Assembly: GCF_018350175.1 (NCBI RefSeq)
Contig: NC_058368.1
Span: 83,392,001 to 83,456,000 of the forward strand
DNA: 64,000 bases
Direction: 5' to 3'
Source of the DNA: Felis catus
Taxonomy: Eukaryota
Part shown: positions 39,781 through 53,269 of the stretch, piece by piece
Position numbering within the stretch: position 1 is the stretch's first letter
How the letters are laid out: every line of letters begins with the position of its first letter
Position numbers and translations under genes: made by a program
The notes under the pieces: generated by a model
What the model saw: the letters and a program-made list of their open reading frames with translations, nothing else
Told to the model about the DNA's origin: nothing
Database searches by the model: none

Positions 39781-39899
39781 TGTATGTTACACTTAAACAT
39801 TGTATATTAACTTAAAATTTTAATAAAACCTTTAAAAATTAAAATAAATTAATAATATTTTTCATTTCAAAACAAACTAAGGAAGAGGAGCTATTACAC

Positions 39900-40249
39900 A
39901 GGAAATTATTTTCAGGAAAAAAAAGAATCATGAAGAATTACTTTAAACAATCTCATTTAAATGAACTGCATTATCAAGAAGAAATGAATAAATTACTAGA
40001 AGCATAAAACCTACCAATACTGAATTAAAAATAAGTAGTGAGGCCGAACAAACCAATAACAAGTGGGGAGATTGAAGTGATGATGATGACGATAAATCCT
40101 TCAAGAAAGAAATCTCTGGATTAGATGGCTTTGCAGCTGAATTACCAAACCGCAAAGAAAAAAAAAACACAAATCCTTTTTAAATTCTTTTAAAACATAG
40201 AAGTAGAAAGAATACTTTCAAAATTATTTATGAATCTAGGGTAAGTGTA

Positions 40250-40292
<43 letters not shown>

Positions 40293-43200
40293 GACACCAC
40301 AGGAAGAAAAAACTACAGGCCAATATGTCTAAACCAAATGGATGCAAACTTCTCAACAAAATTCTGACAAACTGAATTCAACAACCATCAAAAATAGTAT
40401 ACACCAAGAACTAGAGGGATTCATCCTTGGGATGCAAGGATGATTTAATATGTACAAATCAAACAATGAGAAAAACCACACTAAGATAATAAAAATAAAA
40501 TCTATATGATTATTTGATTAAATGCCTAAAAAATTTGACAAAGTTCAAATTCCATTCAGAATAAAAATGCTCTATAAAATATATATAAACATTTTCCTCA
40601 GCACAATGAAGGCGATTTATGGAAATCCCACAACTGAAATCATAATCAATGGAGAAAAGCTAGAAGCTTTTTGTCTTAAATTTTGAACGTGGGGAGGACA
40701 TTTATTCTCACCACTTTATATGACATTGTATTAAAATACTAAAAAGAGCAATCAGACAATAAAAGATGTAAAAGACATCCAAAGCAGAAAAGAAGACATA
40801 AAATTACCTCTGTGTGCATATGACATAATTCTATATGTATACAATCCTAAATACTCTATAAAAAGCTGTTAGTTCTAACCAAATTCAGTAAAGTTACAGA
40901 TTGTAAAGTGTGCATACAAAAACTGTTGCATTTATTTATACTAGCAATGATCTACTCAAAAAGGAAATCACAAAAACAACCCCAATAAAATGAATATTTA
41001 GGAATGTATTTAACCAAAGAGTTGAAAGACCTACACTGAGATCTACAGCACATTAATTGAAAGGAATTGAAGAATAGATAAACACATGGAATGATCTCAG
41101 GTTCATAGGTTGGATTAATTAATAAGGTTAGCATGTCCATAAAACCCAAATCTCTCCATATATTCAATGAAGTCTTTATCAAAGTTCCAGTGGCAGTTTA
41201 CTTAATGGAGAAAATATCTAAAATTTTTATGGAACCACAAAATATCCTGCATAGTCAATGCCCTTTTGAGAAGGAACAGTTTTAGCGGTATCATGCTTCC
41301 TGATTTTAAATTATATTACAAGATTGTACAATACAGGATGGTAAAACAATTTTAAAAAGTGGAAATAAAACAGACCACTCAAAAAGAATAGAAATCCCAT
41401 AAATAAACCCAAGCATATAAGTTCAGTTAACTTTGATAAAAACACAATGGGGACAATCTTTTCTGATAATGGTGCTGTGAAAACTGGATATCCATATATA
41501 AAATGAGTGGACACTTACCTTACATGATACAGAAAAATCAACTCAAGCAAAAAAAAATCGGTCACAGAAAGACAGATATCATAGATTTTCACTCATATGC
41601 GGAATTTAAGAAACAAAATAAACAAGCATAGGGATGAAAATACAGAGACAAGCCATGCAACGGACATTTAACTATAGATAACATACTGATGGTCACCAGA
41701 GGGAAAGTGAGTGAAAAGATGGATTAAATAGTTGATGGGGATTAAGGAGTGCACTTGTAGTGATGAACACCAGGTCTTATATGGAGGTGTTGAATCAGGA
41801 AATTGTACATATGAAACTGATATTACACTATATGTTAACAAGCTGGAATTTAAATACAAACTTAAGAAAAAACCTAAACAGATAATGATTTTAAAATATT
41901 ATTAATAAATCCTCACATAACAATAACACTAATGTAAATAGATTTAATTCACCAATCAAAAGCACACCATGCCTGGTTGGATGAAAACAAGACAGAACTA
42001 TAGGTTTCCTACAAGAGACTCACCTTACTTTTAGAGAAACACACAAGCTGAATGTGAAGTGGTGGAGAAAGATATTCTATACAATTGGAAAATAAAAGAA
42101 AGTGAGGATAGTTATATTTATGAGACCAAATAGACTTTAAAGCTAAAACAATAACAAAACAAGAAGAAAGTCATTAAACAATGTTAAAGGGGTCAATTCA
42201 TCAAGAAGATAAATAATTATAAATATATAAAAAACCAATACAAGAACATCTAAATAATTTAAACAAATACTAACAGATCAGAACAGAGAAATAAACAATA
42301 ACAGTGCATTTTCAAAATGAATAGATCCTCCAGGCAAAAAAATTAGCAACAAAATGATGGGTAAGAAACACACCTCAAATGAAATGACCCTAACAGATAT
42401 TTACATAATATTCCATTGAACAGAAACAGAATCCACATTCTTCTCAAGTGCTTACATAACAATCGTCAAGTGCTTACATAACAGTATAGTACTGGCATAA
42501 AAATAAACTTGTAGACCTTTCTTGCATATGATAGTATCCAAAACAAGTCTGATTATTTTAAACATTTTTTTCCAACCACAATGTGACAAACTAAGTAATT
42601 AAAAAAAAAGAATAACTGGAAAACCAATAATAAGAAATTTGAACCAGCAATGAATACCCCCCCAACACAGAAAGACTCAGGATAAGATGGTTTCATTGCT
42701 GGACTCTACTAAACATTTAGAAAGAATTACTGCCAAATCTTCTCAAATTCTACAACAAATTGAAGGCAATGGAAAACTTCTAGTTTTATTTTATGAGGCT
42801 GACTTTATGCTGATATCAAAGCCAGATAAGGACTCTACAAGAAATGTATAGACTGATATCCCTGAGGAATATATGTGCAAATTTTACATTATAATTTAAT
42901 ATATAATATATCATATTATATATGATAATATGGATATAAGCCAAATTCAAATACACATTAAAATGATCATACATAAGTGAGATTTATCCCTGGAATACAA
43001 GGATGGTTTAATATATGCAAACTAATGCATACTGTGTACAATATTAATATGAGTATCTTAATTATTCAGAAAAAAAACAAAAACATTTGACAAATCACAA
43101 CAACCTACCAAAGGAAAATACTTCACAATAAAGGCCATTTGTTGCAAACCCACAGCTAACCTTATACTCAATGATAATAAAAAAAACTGGAAGATTTTTC

Positions 43201-45050
43201 TCTAAGATCGGGAACAAGTGTTTACTTTCACCACTTTTATTCAATATAGTACTAGAAGTCATAGCTAGAGCCATTAGGCTAGACAAAGAAATAAAAGGCA
43301 TCCAAGTCAGAAATTAATAGGTAAAAATTTTCCTTTCTTGCAAATGATAAAGAATTATGTGTAAAAAGTCCTAAAGATTCAATCAAAACACCATTGGAAG
43401 TAATAAAAAATTCAGTAAGCTTGAAGAATATAGAATCAATATGTAGAAATCTGATGTGTTTCTCTACACTAGCAATGAAATGTCTGAACAAGAAAAAAAA
43501 AAGATTCCATTCACTATGGCATCAAAAACAATAAAGTCCTTAGAAATAAATTTAATTAGGTACGTGGAAGACCTGCACAATAAATATTGTGATGAAATAA
43601 CTTGAAGAAGACAAAAATGGAAATACATCTTATGTTCACTGAACAGAATAGTCAATATTTTTTTAAATTTCTATACTACCCAAAGCCATATATACAGTCA
43701 ATCCAATCTCTATCAAAACTCCATTTTTGTTTGTTTGATTTACAGAAATAGGCAAACAACCGACCCTAAATAGTCACAGCGATTATGGAGCAGAACAAAA
43801 CTGAAGACATCACACTTCTAATTTCAACATAAATTGCAAAGCTGTAGTTATTAAACAGTGTAGTACTGGCATAAAAATAAACTTGTAGACCAATGGAACA
43901 GAATAGAGACCCCAGGATAAATCCCTGTTTATATAGTACCCTAATATTGACAAAAGATCCAAGAATACTCAAAGAGGAAATGAAAGTCTCTGACAAATGA
44001 TACTGAGAAAACTGCATAACCACATGCAAAAAGTGGAATCAGATCCCTATAATATACTACTCACAAAATTTAACTCAAAATGTGTTATAGACACGGGGCA
44101 CCTGGGTGGGTCATTTGGTTGGGCGTCTTACTTTGGCTTTGGTCATGATCTCACCGTTCGTGGGTTCTAGCCCCACATTGGGCTCTGTGCTGACTGCTTG
44201 GTGCCTGGAGCCTGCTTCGGATTCTGTGTCTCCCTCTCTCTCTGTTCCTCCCCTGCTCACAGTATTTCTATCTCTCTCTCTCAAAAATAAATAAAGATTT
44301 AAAAAATTTAAAAAAATGGATTATAGACTTAAATGTAAGACCTAAAGCCATGAAACTCCTAGAGGAAAACAGGGAGCTGTCAAGGAACTGATATTAGACT
44401 GGGCAGTGATTTTTGGAGTGATAAGACATGAAAAACACGAACAAGAGAAGGAAAAAAAAAACAGTAAGTAGTACTACATCAAACCAAAAAGCTATGGCTT
44501 TACTTCAACAAAGAAACAATAAAAAAAATGGGATGACAACCTACAGAATGAGAGAAGATATTTGCAATCCTTACACTGGATGAAGAGATAATATACAGAA
44601 TATTTAGAGTTCTCATACAATTCAATAACAAACAAACAAAAAAATAATAAAAATGGGGAGGAGGCTAAATAGACATTTTTACAAAGAAGATATACAAATG
44701 ACCACTTGTACACAAAAAGATGATCAGCATCATTAGTTATCAGGGAAATGCAAATGAGATATCATCTCACAACTTCCAAAACAGCTATGATGAAGACAAA
44801 AGAAAGCAAAGTGTTGGCAAAGATGTGGAGATAGGAGGACACGTATACACAGTTGGAGGGAATTTAGGTTGATTTAGCCTATGGAAAACAGTTTGTAGGT
44901 TCCTCAAAAACATAAAAATAAAACTATCATATGGTCCACTAATACTACTTTAGCGCATAAACTCAGAGAAAATGAAAACAAAAGTCTGAAGAGATATATG
45001 TAATCTTACACTTATTACATTATTTATAATAGCCCAGATATGGGAAAAAG
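39900..45050 (+). mobile_element. Two or more old, degenerate sense L1 ORF2 blocks with an L1 3' end at about 41548-41870
   Basis: ORF2-collinear DNA (gggatgcaaggatgatttaata; ctacaagagactcacc; aaaggcatccaag; accaatggaacagaatagag; atcagggaaatgcaaat). Confidence 0.8.
44095..44312 (+). mobile_element. CanSINE
   Basis: ggggcacctgggtgg head, CT body, aataaataaa tail. Degenerate TSD aaaatg..ttatagac. Confidence 0.93.
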
Positions 45051-45079
45051 CTGAGGGCCCATTACACAGAAAATATTTA

Positions 45080-45800
45080 TAATTGAGATATCATTGGAAT
45101 TCTCAGTAATAATACTAAATGTTAAAAGACAAAAAAGAGAAACATAATCATGATGGAAAATCATTTTCAACCTAAAATCTACACTTAGCTGAACTTCCAT
45201 CAAGTGGGAAGATAAAATAGTGTCATTTTCAGACATGTAAATTATGAAAAAAAAATTCCTCCCATGTATCTTGTTTAAGAATTTATTGAAAGCTATGCTC
45301 CAGTAAATTGGAGAGTAAATCAAGAAAGAGGAAGGCTTGGGCTTGGGAGACAAACATCAGAGGATCAAGGAAAAAGAGTTAATTGTGAAGAAACATCTCA
45401 GGAGGAGCTCTGTGCAGCTAAGCTCTAGGCAAGCAGTGTATGTGGGAACAGGAAGACAGAGGCTACAGAAGACATGGCCCAGGAAGTGTAAACTGGGAGA
45501 ATTCTAAAGTAGTCACATTATCCAGGGGATATTTATCAAGAGGGAACATATACATATGGCAGAAAAACAAATTAAGCAAACAAACCAGCCTGACACCTGA
45601 TTTATTCTAGGAAAAACAAAAACAAAAATGTAAACAACAAAGTGGCATCTTAAAGGAAGTGTAACCACAATGCAAGTAAGGACTTTAATGTAAACATTTG
45701 TAGCATTTTAATAATATAAAAATTGAATCTTAGTTTAACAAAATGAGTAGAACTATAATTTTATTGGCGTGATGAGAGAAGTACACGTTTGTGTGTAGAG
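45080..45800 (+). mobile_element. Ancient L1 ORF1-like or HAL1-like fragment
   Basis: tcattttcaacctaaaatctacacttagctgaacttccatcaagtggga..ttttcagacatg resembles the 3' end of ORF1. Confidence 0.45.
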
Positions 45801-47204
45801 ACTAGGAGAGTGGAAGGGACCTAAATTTACGTTATGTCTAGTCAAACTTGTGCTAGTAATTTCCCTATGGACTCTGAGCTCTTAACATCTATCTGTCTGT
45901 GAAAATGCTAGAGAGAATAAGCCATGCAGCCTGCATGTTTTCCTCATAGCCCTTTAACCCTCTTGACACTCTTATATAGTTCTTCTGTGGGATGCCAATG
46001 GTGGTGACGGGCTCTGTGGAACTTTCTATCTAAGGCTGGTCCTCAGTTGGGCATAGTCTCATCCCAGACTACTAGCTTTCTAATATCAAGACCATAAAAC
46101 TTGGGGATAGTGATACTTTTTTTTACCTAATTTTGTACTTAAGTAAAACAATTGTTAAATTACTTTGTAATTTTAAATAGTCATATTATGATTGAAAAAT
46201 CTTAGGGACAGACTAATAAGATATTTTCTTGTCATGCAATGGAGTGGTGTACATTCATTTAAAATTTAATGTTTAAAAGTACCTTAAATATATGTGTTAG
46301 AATAGAAAACATAAAAGTATAGAGAAGACAAGGAAAAATTTATGAAAAATAGCTACAAATAAATTTATTCAACAAATAATTTTCTTCCCCATTGTAGAGG
46401 TACTTTGGATAAGTATCTTCTTTTTAGGTATACAAAATAAAAGAAGGGAAATTGCCTTGAAATGCACTTAAAGCAAAATAAAAAACAAAACAAAAACAAA
46501 ACTCTCACATACACAGAACCATCCACTTTTCTTGCATTGATATTTACAGAAGTGTACCTGGAGAAATAAGAAAGAAAGAATTTTTTTTGTATCTTCCTAA
46601 TTGCTTCTAGAGTGATATGGAGTAAAGGTGAGAATATTTTAATACCAGGGACTAATAGAGGGGACAACTGCACACATAAATAGAATTATAGAGGACTATG
46701 GATATCATGATCAGCCAATTGTTCCTATGAGGAGTTCAAGCACCCGAAAATGGTAAACTGTTCATATCCCATTGGACTCACACTCAGGTTTCTGGCCCTA
46801 GAGCGTCAGCCCTTGATCCAGAATGTACATTGGGTGCTGGGGAGAATAATAATAATGGTGCTGCTAATAATAAAAACTAAAACAAGAACTATAATCAAAG
46901 AAAGAGCTCCACTTTTATTACACACATAATGTTCATGAAAATAAAGACACCGAGTCACAAAGAAGTTAAGTAATCTGCCTAAGTCTGTAAGTCATGGAGT
47001 TTGGGTTGAGACCCAGCTCATCTGTGCTCTTAAAAACAGAATAATGCCTTTAATATTGATGATGACGTCAACTAAAAATCCGATCAATACTTAATGACAG
47101 AAAGAAACACAAAATCAACACCATTTTTCAAAAATACCCTTAACATATTTCATTTTAGCTCCTTTTTGGGGGGATTGTTTTATTTTCCTAATCATACATA
47201 GTGG

Positions 47205-47470
47205 TTTTCTTTAATTTATAAAAATTATATACTGAAATTCACGTTAATTAACATACAGAGTAGTATTGGTTTCAGGAGTAGAACCCAGTGCTTCACCACT
47301 TACATACACATCCAGTTCTCTTTTCAACAAGTACCCTCCTTAAGGCCCATCATGCATTTAGTCCATACCCCCCACTCAACATCACCCAGTAACCCTCATT
47401 TTTTTTTCTCTGTACCTAAGTCTCCTATGGTTTGCTTCCCTATCTATTTTTATCTTATTTTTCCTTCCCT
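47205..47470 (-). mobile_element. Carnivore L1 3'UTR fragment
   Basis: ttaattaacatacag..tattggtttcaggagtagaa matches the antisense L1 end at 35385-35430. Confidence 0.8.
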
Positions 47471-48829
47471 ACATAGTCTTTTAGGGAATACAGCAAGGGC
47501 ACACAGTGTAGTTTTAAAATAATGTCATGTTGTTAATTATCCACATGATGGCACATGGATGATGCCAAGTTGGTCCCCTAGTAATACCTACTGGAGGGCT
47601 AGAATCTAAAAATAGTCCCCTGAGGACTTTAACAAATTTTATAGATTTCTTCTCCCTGTAAACATATATCATTAAGCCAAGGGTTAAAGGGGAGAAATAT
47701 AAATGTCCCAGATTCAATCACAAATGATTATGATTTTGGTACTTAAATTATAAGTTATTTAATGAATCAAGAGAGACTGCTGGTGAGAACACTGCCTTGA
47801 GAATTCATAGTAAAATGCTAAGTGACCATGTGATAAAAGCAGAACTTCCTTTACTTCAAGAAGCAACAGTTACAGACTCAGAAATCTCTGTTGTAAGGAC
47901 CTTTTTCCCTTTCTTGATCTTTAATAGGAAATTCTTCCTTAAGATGGGAAAATTTGATACAGAAAGGTTAGGTAACATGGCCAAGGATAGAAAATACAGA
48001 AACTAAAAAGCCAAGATTCAAACACCAGTGAGTTTACGTACAAGCCAATGATCTTAAGCCCACTCTCATTTGCACCTGAAATTGGCACATGGGTTTGAAG
48101 TAATTTAGAAATATTTAAACTTGAATCAGGAAAAAAAAGCACAATCAGTTCAAAAGCTGAACAATAAGTTACTAGGGATATGAAAAGGTAGAAGTCTGAA
48201 CATTTTAATAAAATCTATCAAAACAGAAGACTGTTCACTGAGTACATTAGGTAATCCAACTTGTCATCAGAAAAGGCATCAGAAAGACCAGTTTAAAGAC
48301 TGGATGTATGGGGGGGGGTGTCATTAACTCATAAATTTAAACAATTAGTATGTTGAAGGGGCAGGATTACCTTATGATTCCAAATCAAATCATGTTATAC
48401 AATAAGTTTAACATGAGCAAGGATATTGGTTAAAAAACCTTTAATTGCACAAAAAGATTAATTCACAAAATGAACCACTCATTATAAACACTTATATGCT
48501 GCAAGTTCTAAGCATTAGAAAAACAAATGATTTCAACATATTTTATTCACATAAGAAATGCTAAGTCTGTAAAATACTAATAGCAATTTTTCCTTTCATT
48601 TTTATCATTGTTGCCATAATTAATTGTAGGTAATACATTGCATGATTACTATTTGCTAGACACCATGCAGAGTACACTTATTGGACTGAACAAACATGCT
48701 AAATTCATAAGTCAATCCCAAAACTACCCTGTAATCCTAATATGTCTAACGTGTTCATTTACCCAACTGATCTCCAAGATGCTTTTGTTCTTTTTTCAGA
48801 GTTTTAACAATAAATCCTGCCCTTCACAA

Positions 48830-50170
48830 ATAGAAGCTCTCATTGATTCTAATTGCACTGATAGAATAGAAACAATTAGAAGAGAACTTACTTGTATCAC
48901 AGATACACTGCCTTAGTTTCTGCTAGAGGAAATGAAGTGACTATACTAACTAAAAAAATAATCAACTTGTTCACTTATAAATTGGTTTCTATGCTCTCTA
49001 TCTCTATCAAAGGTCAACCTTCTGGAAGCAGTTCCTTCCATTTTTTTTAAATCCAGTATCAATTCGTTCTTTGTATATATTATTCCCTTTAACATATCTG
49101 CAATATATTACAACAAAACACATTGATATCATATCCCTTTATAGCTACTGCTCCATTTTTCTGTTCTCACTAAAAAAAAAATGTGTTTATACTGGGCTCA
49201 CTTATCCACTTTCTCTCCTTATATTTTACCCTGTATCGTCTCTGAGCACTCCACTGGGCTTGTTCTTATTAAGGTCACAAGAGATCTTTGCGTGGACAAA
49301 TAGAGTGGCCAACTCAAAACTCTCATTGTGATCCAATAAGAAATAGTATCTACTGCAGTTGATTAGAGTCTCCAGTTTTGACGTTTTCTCACTTGTACCT
49401 AGATATTACTTCAATCATTATCTTTTGTCTCACTTTCTAGCCAGCTGAACACAGTTGCCTAAGTCTCAAACCTTTACTCTTACCTAAGTTTTAACTGATC
49501 CTTATGTCTTTAAATATTTTCTTCGACTCTTAAGAATAACAATTTAAACCCTCAGCCCTTACCACTAATCTCAATCCCGAATGGCTTCATATATCTAATA
49601 GACATTTAAAATTTTTCTCAACAACTGGGGCGCCTGGGTGGCTCAGATCATGATATTGTGGTTTGTGAGTTCAAGCCCCTTGTAGGGCTCTGTGCTGACA
49701 GCTCAGAGCCTGGAGCCTGCTTCAGATTCTTGCTTCCCCCCACCTCTCTATCCCTCCTCTGCTCGTGCTCTGTGTCTGTCTGTCTCTCAACAATAAATAA
49801 ACATTAGATTTTTTAAAAAAGTTTCTCAACAACTAAATTATTGTTTTCTCCTACTCAATCCTGCCACTCTAAAAGTTTTCAGAATCTTAGTTTCCTTCCA
49901 CCTGAAGTCAATTGACTTATATTTCATTTCACTTTCTTTCCTAATGGTCATCTTTTCCATGAGCTAAATCCTTTTATGTAGCTACCCTACTCAATCCTTT
50001 TCACTCATTTGAAGATTCCTAAGTTGTCTTCCTGCATACAGTCTAGTTCCCTGTTCTATTTCCTACCCTATAGTCATAGTATAGAAGTGTACATAAAATA
50101 ATGTACATAAAAATGTACATCTTAACAAGTTATATCTATATAGAAAATTCTTCAATAGCTTTCTGTATCA
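48830..50170 (+). mobile_element. Ancient L2 LINE fragment
   Basis: cactccactgggcttgttcttattaaggtcacaagagatc and atatctaatagacattt resemble the recalled L2 ORF2 consensus. Confidence 0.55.
49627..49821 (+). mobile_element. CanSINE with an internal deletion in the head
   Basis: ggggcgcctgggtggctcag joins directly to atcatgat. TSD tttctcaacaact at 49614-49626 and 49822-49834. Confidence 0.92.
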
Positions 50171-50911
50171 TGCCAAACAAACCTAAATTGCACCCAAGTC
50201 CTGTTTATGAATCACATATAATTGGGCAATGTAAAATTTCTTCCATAAATGTCACCATTCTTAGAATTCTATTAAAATAGCATGGAAAAAGTCACAGTAG
50301 TGCTCTTTGATATTATATATTACAGTCTCTTTTGAGTAGGTGTGTAATGCTTGGACATTCAATATTCAGTCAATATAGCTAAGCTTATCCACTATTTACT
50401 ATGGTCTCATATTTGACAGGCAACTATTTTTAGTGTGAGTCCTATGAAGATGATCTTAAAGGTTAAAATCTTGAGGCAAAGCCAATAATTAAAGACTTGA
50501 TTAAAATTGTGTGATTTCTATATTTCATCACTTGTGAATTGGTATTATTTAACTTTATTGATACAAACATAATCACATAATTGTGGCATCAAAATCTGGT
50601 AGTTATGGAAGCTGTTTCTGGGTGAAGTGTAAAAGTAACCTGCAAATATTTTTTTTTCTTTTTTCAGACTGAGAGACAAAGAACCAGAATCAGATTAATT
50701 CTTTAACCTAATAATACCTCATTGTTGATAGCCAAAATGTATCTGCATACCTAATGAAAAATCCCTGGTTCCCTCTCCCAGGAACAGGAAACCAGACATG
50801 ATAAATTATCTTAATTAATTGTAAGTAGTAATCTTTGACATCTGACCAAATAGTCTTCTTTAAAACAGGACAACAGAGAATGTTCTCATCTATTCTCAGT
50901 TTACTGAATCC

Positions 50912-51865
50912 CTAAGCATCACTTGTGGATACTTTCTGAGCAGATAAACATCTTGACAGTATCTTTTGAAATGCCCCCATGACATCCTTGTTTCTGAGGC
51001 TGTAGATAAGAGGATTGAGCATGGGTGTGACAATGGTATAGAAGGCTGAAACTACTTTGTCCTGCTCAGGAGTGTGAAAAGACTGGGGCAGAACATAAGT
51101 GTAGAAGGCAGCCCCATAGAAAATGCTGACCACAGTCAAGTGGGAAGAGCAAGTAGTAAAGGCCTTTTTCCGGCCTTCAGCAGAGCGCATTCTGTGGACA
51201 GTTAACAAAATAAGAGAGTAGGAGATTGAGATGATAGAGATAGGGATGAGCAACATGAGTACACAGCAGATGTACATCAAGGTTTCATACAAGGATGTGT
51301 CAGCACAGGCTAGTCTGAGAACTGCAGGGATCTCACAGAAAAAATGGTTGATATTTCGGGAGTGACAATAGGGAACATTCATGGTGATGGGGGTGAGCAG
51401 AAAGCCATCCAGGGACCCCCCAAACCAGGCACCAGCAGCCAGCAGGAGACACACCCTGCGGTTCATCAGGACTGGATACCTAAGAGGGTTACAGACAGCC
51501 ACATAGCGGTCATAGGCCATGAGGCCCAAGAGGAAGAACTCCGAGCCAATCATGCTCAAGTAGAGGAAGATCTGGATGCCGCAACCCACAAAGGAAATGG
51601 TCTTCTCTTTAGAAACCATGTCGACCAGAAGTTTTGGGACAGTGGTACAAATGAAAAGAGTATCCATGATGGACAGCTGGCTGAGCAGAAAGTACATAGG
51701 AGTATGGAGACGGGAGTCCACCTGAATCAAGAATATCATGACCAAATTTGCAGTTACAGCTACCACAAAAATAGCAAAAATAACAGCAAAGACAATCCCA
51801 GTAGTTTTATTGTTCACCAGAAGCCCCAGGAGGATAAAATCAGAAGATAAAGTTATATTCTTCAT
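50912..51865 (-). CDS. OR2T11: Olfactory receptor 2T11 ortholog, intact, 317 aa
   Basis: All OR motifs present ([54 protein letters not shown]). Segments [47 protein letters not shown] and the C-terminus [10 protein letters not shown] match recalled human OR2T11. Confidence 0.9.
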   Translation of the reverse strand: MKNITLSSDFILLGLLVNNKTTGIVFAVIFAIFVVAVTANLVMIFLIQVDSRLHTPMYFLLSQLSIMDTLFICTTVPKLLVDMVSKEKTISFVGCGIQIFLYLSMIGSEFFLLGLMAYDRYVAVCNPLRYPVLMNRRVCLLLAAGAWFGGSLDGFLLTPITMNVPYCHSRNINHFFCEIPAVLRLACADTSLYETLMYICCVLMLLIPISIISISYSLILLTVHRMRSAEGRKKAFTTCSSHLTVVSIFYGAAFYTYVLPQSFHTPEQDKVVSAFYTIVTPMLNPLIYSLRNKDVMGAFQKILSRCLSAQKVSTSDA

Positions 51866-52375
51866 TTACATTGCCTATGTCAGCTCCAGCAGACCAGAAA
51901 GCCACAGAGACCAGGAAGTAAAAGGAGAGAAGATCCTTTCAGTATGGGCGAGACTTACAATAGAGATGACACCTCAGAGAGTACTGGTTTGGCTGAAATT
52001 TTCCAACACAAAGTGCTAGAGAAAAATGAAGAGACCAAGAGACATATCATAAATCAGAAACTGTAGATCTACTCCTCATTGTTGATGAACAACACTTTTC
52101 GTATTGTGTTTATGTTCATGCTGCAATACATAGATTATGTGAGTGGCATAATAAAGTTGGTATTTGCTATACTTTGATTAGTTTAGCTATATCTTTCCTA
52201 TTCACTCTTTGCATTTCTGGCACCAGAATGTTGTCCAAACCATAGTAGGGCCAAGTCAACACTGGTTTGAGTAAAGGCCCATTGATTCACTCATATGAAA
52301 GGCCAAAATTAAGAATGAATAACTTAGGAAGAGAAAAGTATAAAGAAAAAGCATTAAAAAATGGATAAAGAAAAG

Positions 52376-53180
52376 TGTGTCTCCTCTATTCTCAACATTT
52401 CACCTCTGACACTTTTGGTCAGCAAATGTGTGAGGGTCTCCTCCCCATAATAAGCAATTCTTAACCCTCCAGACAAACAGCTGGGTGTCCTACAACTTAA
52501 TACAATATTCACACTATCTACATGGAGATAGCTTAATCTCTCACTGGTTAAGAGCTTAGCCCCACAAGACTGTCACCCAAATCAGACGCCAACTGCAAGT
52601 AAAGTTTATCACTTGGGCCTCGGTTTCTAGGAGCCCATCCCTGAGCTCAACTAATTTTCTAGAACATTTTATAGAATTAAGAAAAAATATTTTGCTAACA
52701 ACTAGGTAGAAGAGATACATCTGGTAGGTATGCAGGAAAAGGCCAGAAGATTCACTGCCTTGTCTATGTGTACCATCCTCTACAACCTCACATGTGCACC
52801 AACCCAGAAGCTCTTGGAAACCCATCCTTTTGTATTTTTATAAATGCTTGATTATTTAAGCATTATTTATCAAATCATTGACCATCAGTGATTAATGAAA
52901 TCTCTAGACCTTCTCTTCTCCATGGAGATCTAGTGGTGGAGGTTTAAAAGTTGCAAACCTTTAATTATGGTTATTTTCCTGGGAACAAGCCCAATTCTTA
53001 GGAGATTTCAATAAATCATCTAATTAACATAAACTCAGGTGTGGTAGGAGGACATTATGAATAACAAAAGACATTTACATAGCTATTTCCATTTAGGAAA
53101 TTCAGAGAGTTTTAAGAAGTCAATGCCAGGAATTTGAAAAAAAGACTAAATATATATTAGTTATGCATCACAATATCACA
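52376..53180 (-). mobile_element. Solo LTR, MER21-like
   Basis: Minus strand begins tgtgatattgtgat..aatatatatttagtc and ends ...ca. Internal cagctgggtgtcctacaa and cccacaagactg resemble recalled MER21. Confidence 0.7.
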
Positions 53181-53269
53181 AAGGTTAGGTTATTTGTTGG
53201 CATTTCACAAATGAAATATTCTAGTCATTTCATTTCATCTAGGTTATTCTAGTAGATTCCTGCTATCTC

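Noticed and set aside
51344..51850. 168-aa plus-strand ORF
   Set aside because: Antisense shadow of the OR2T11 CDS with no recognisable motifs.
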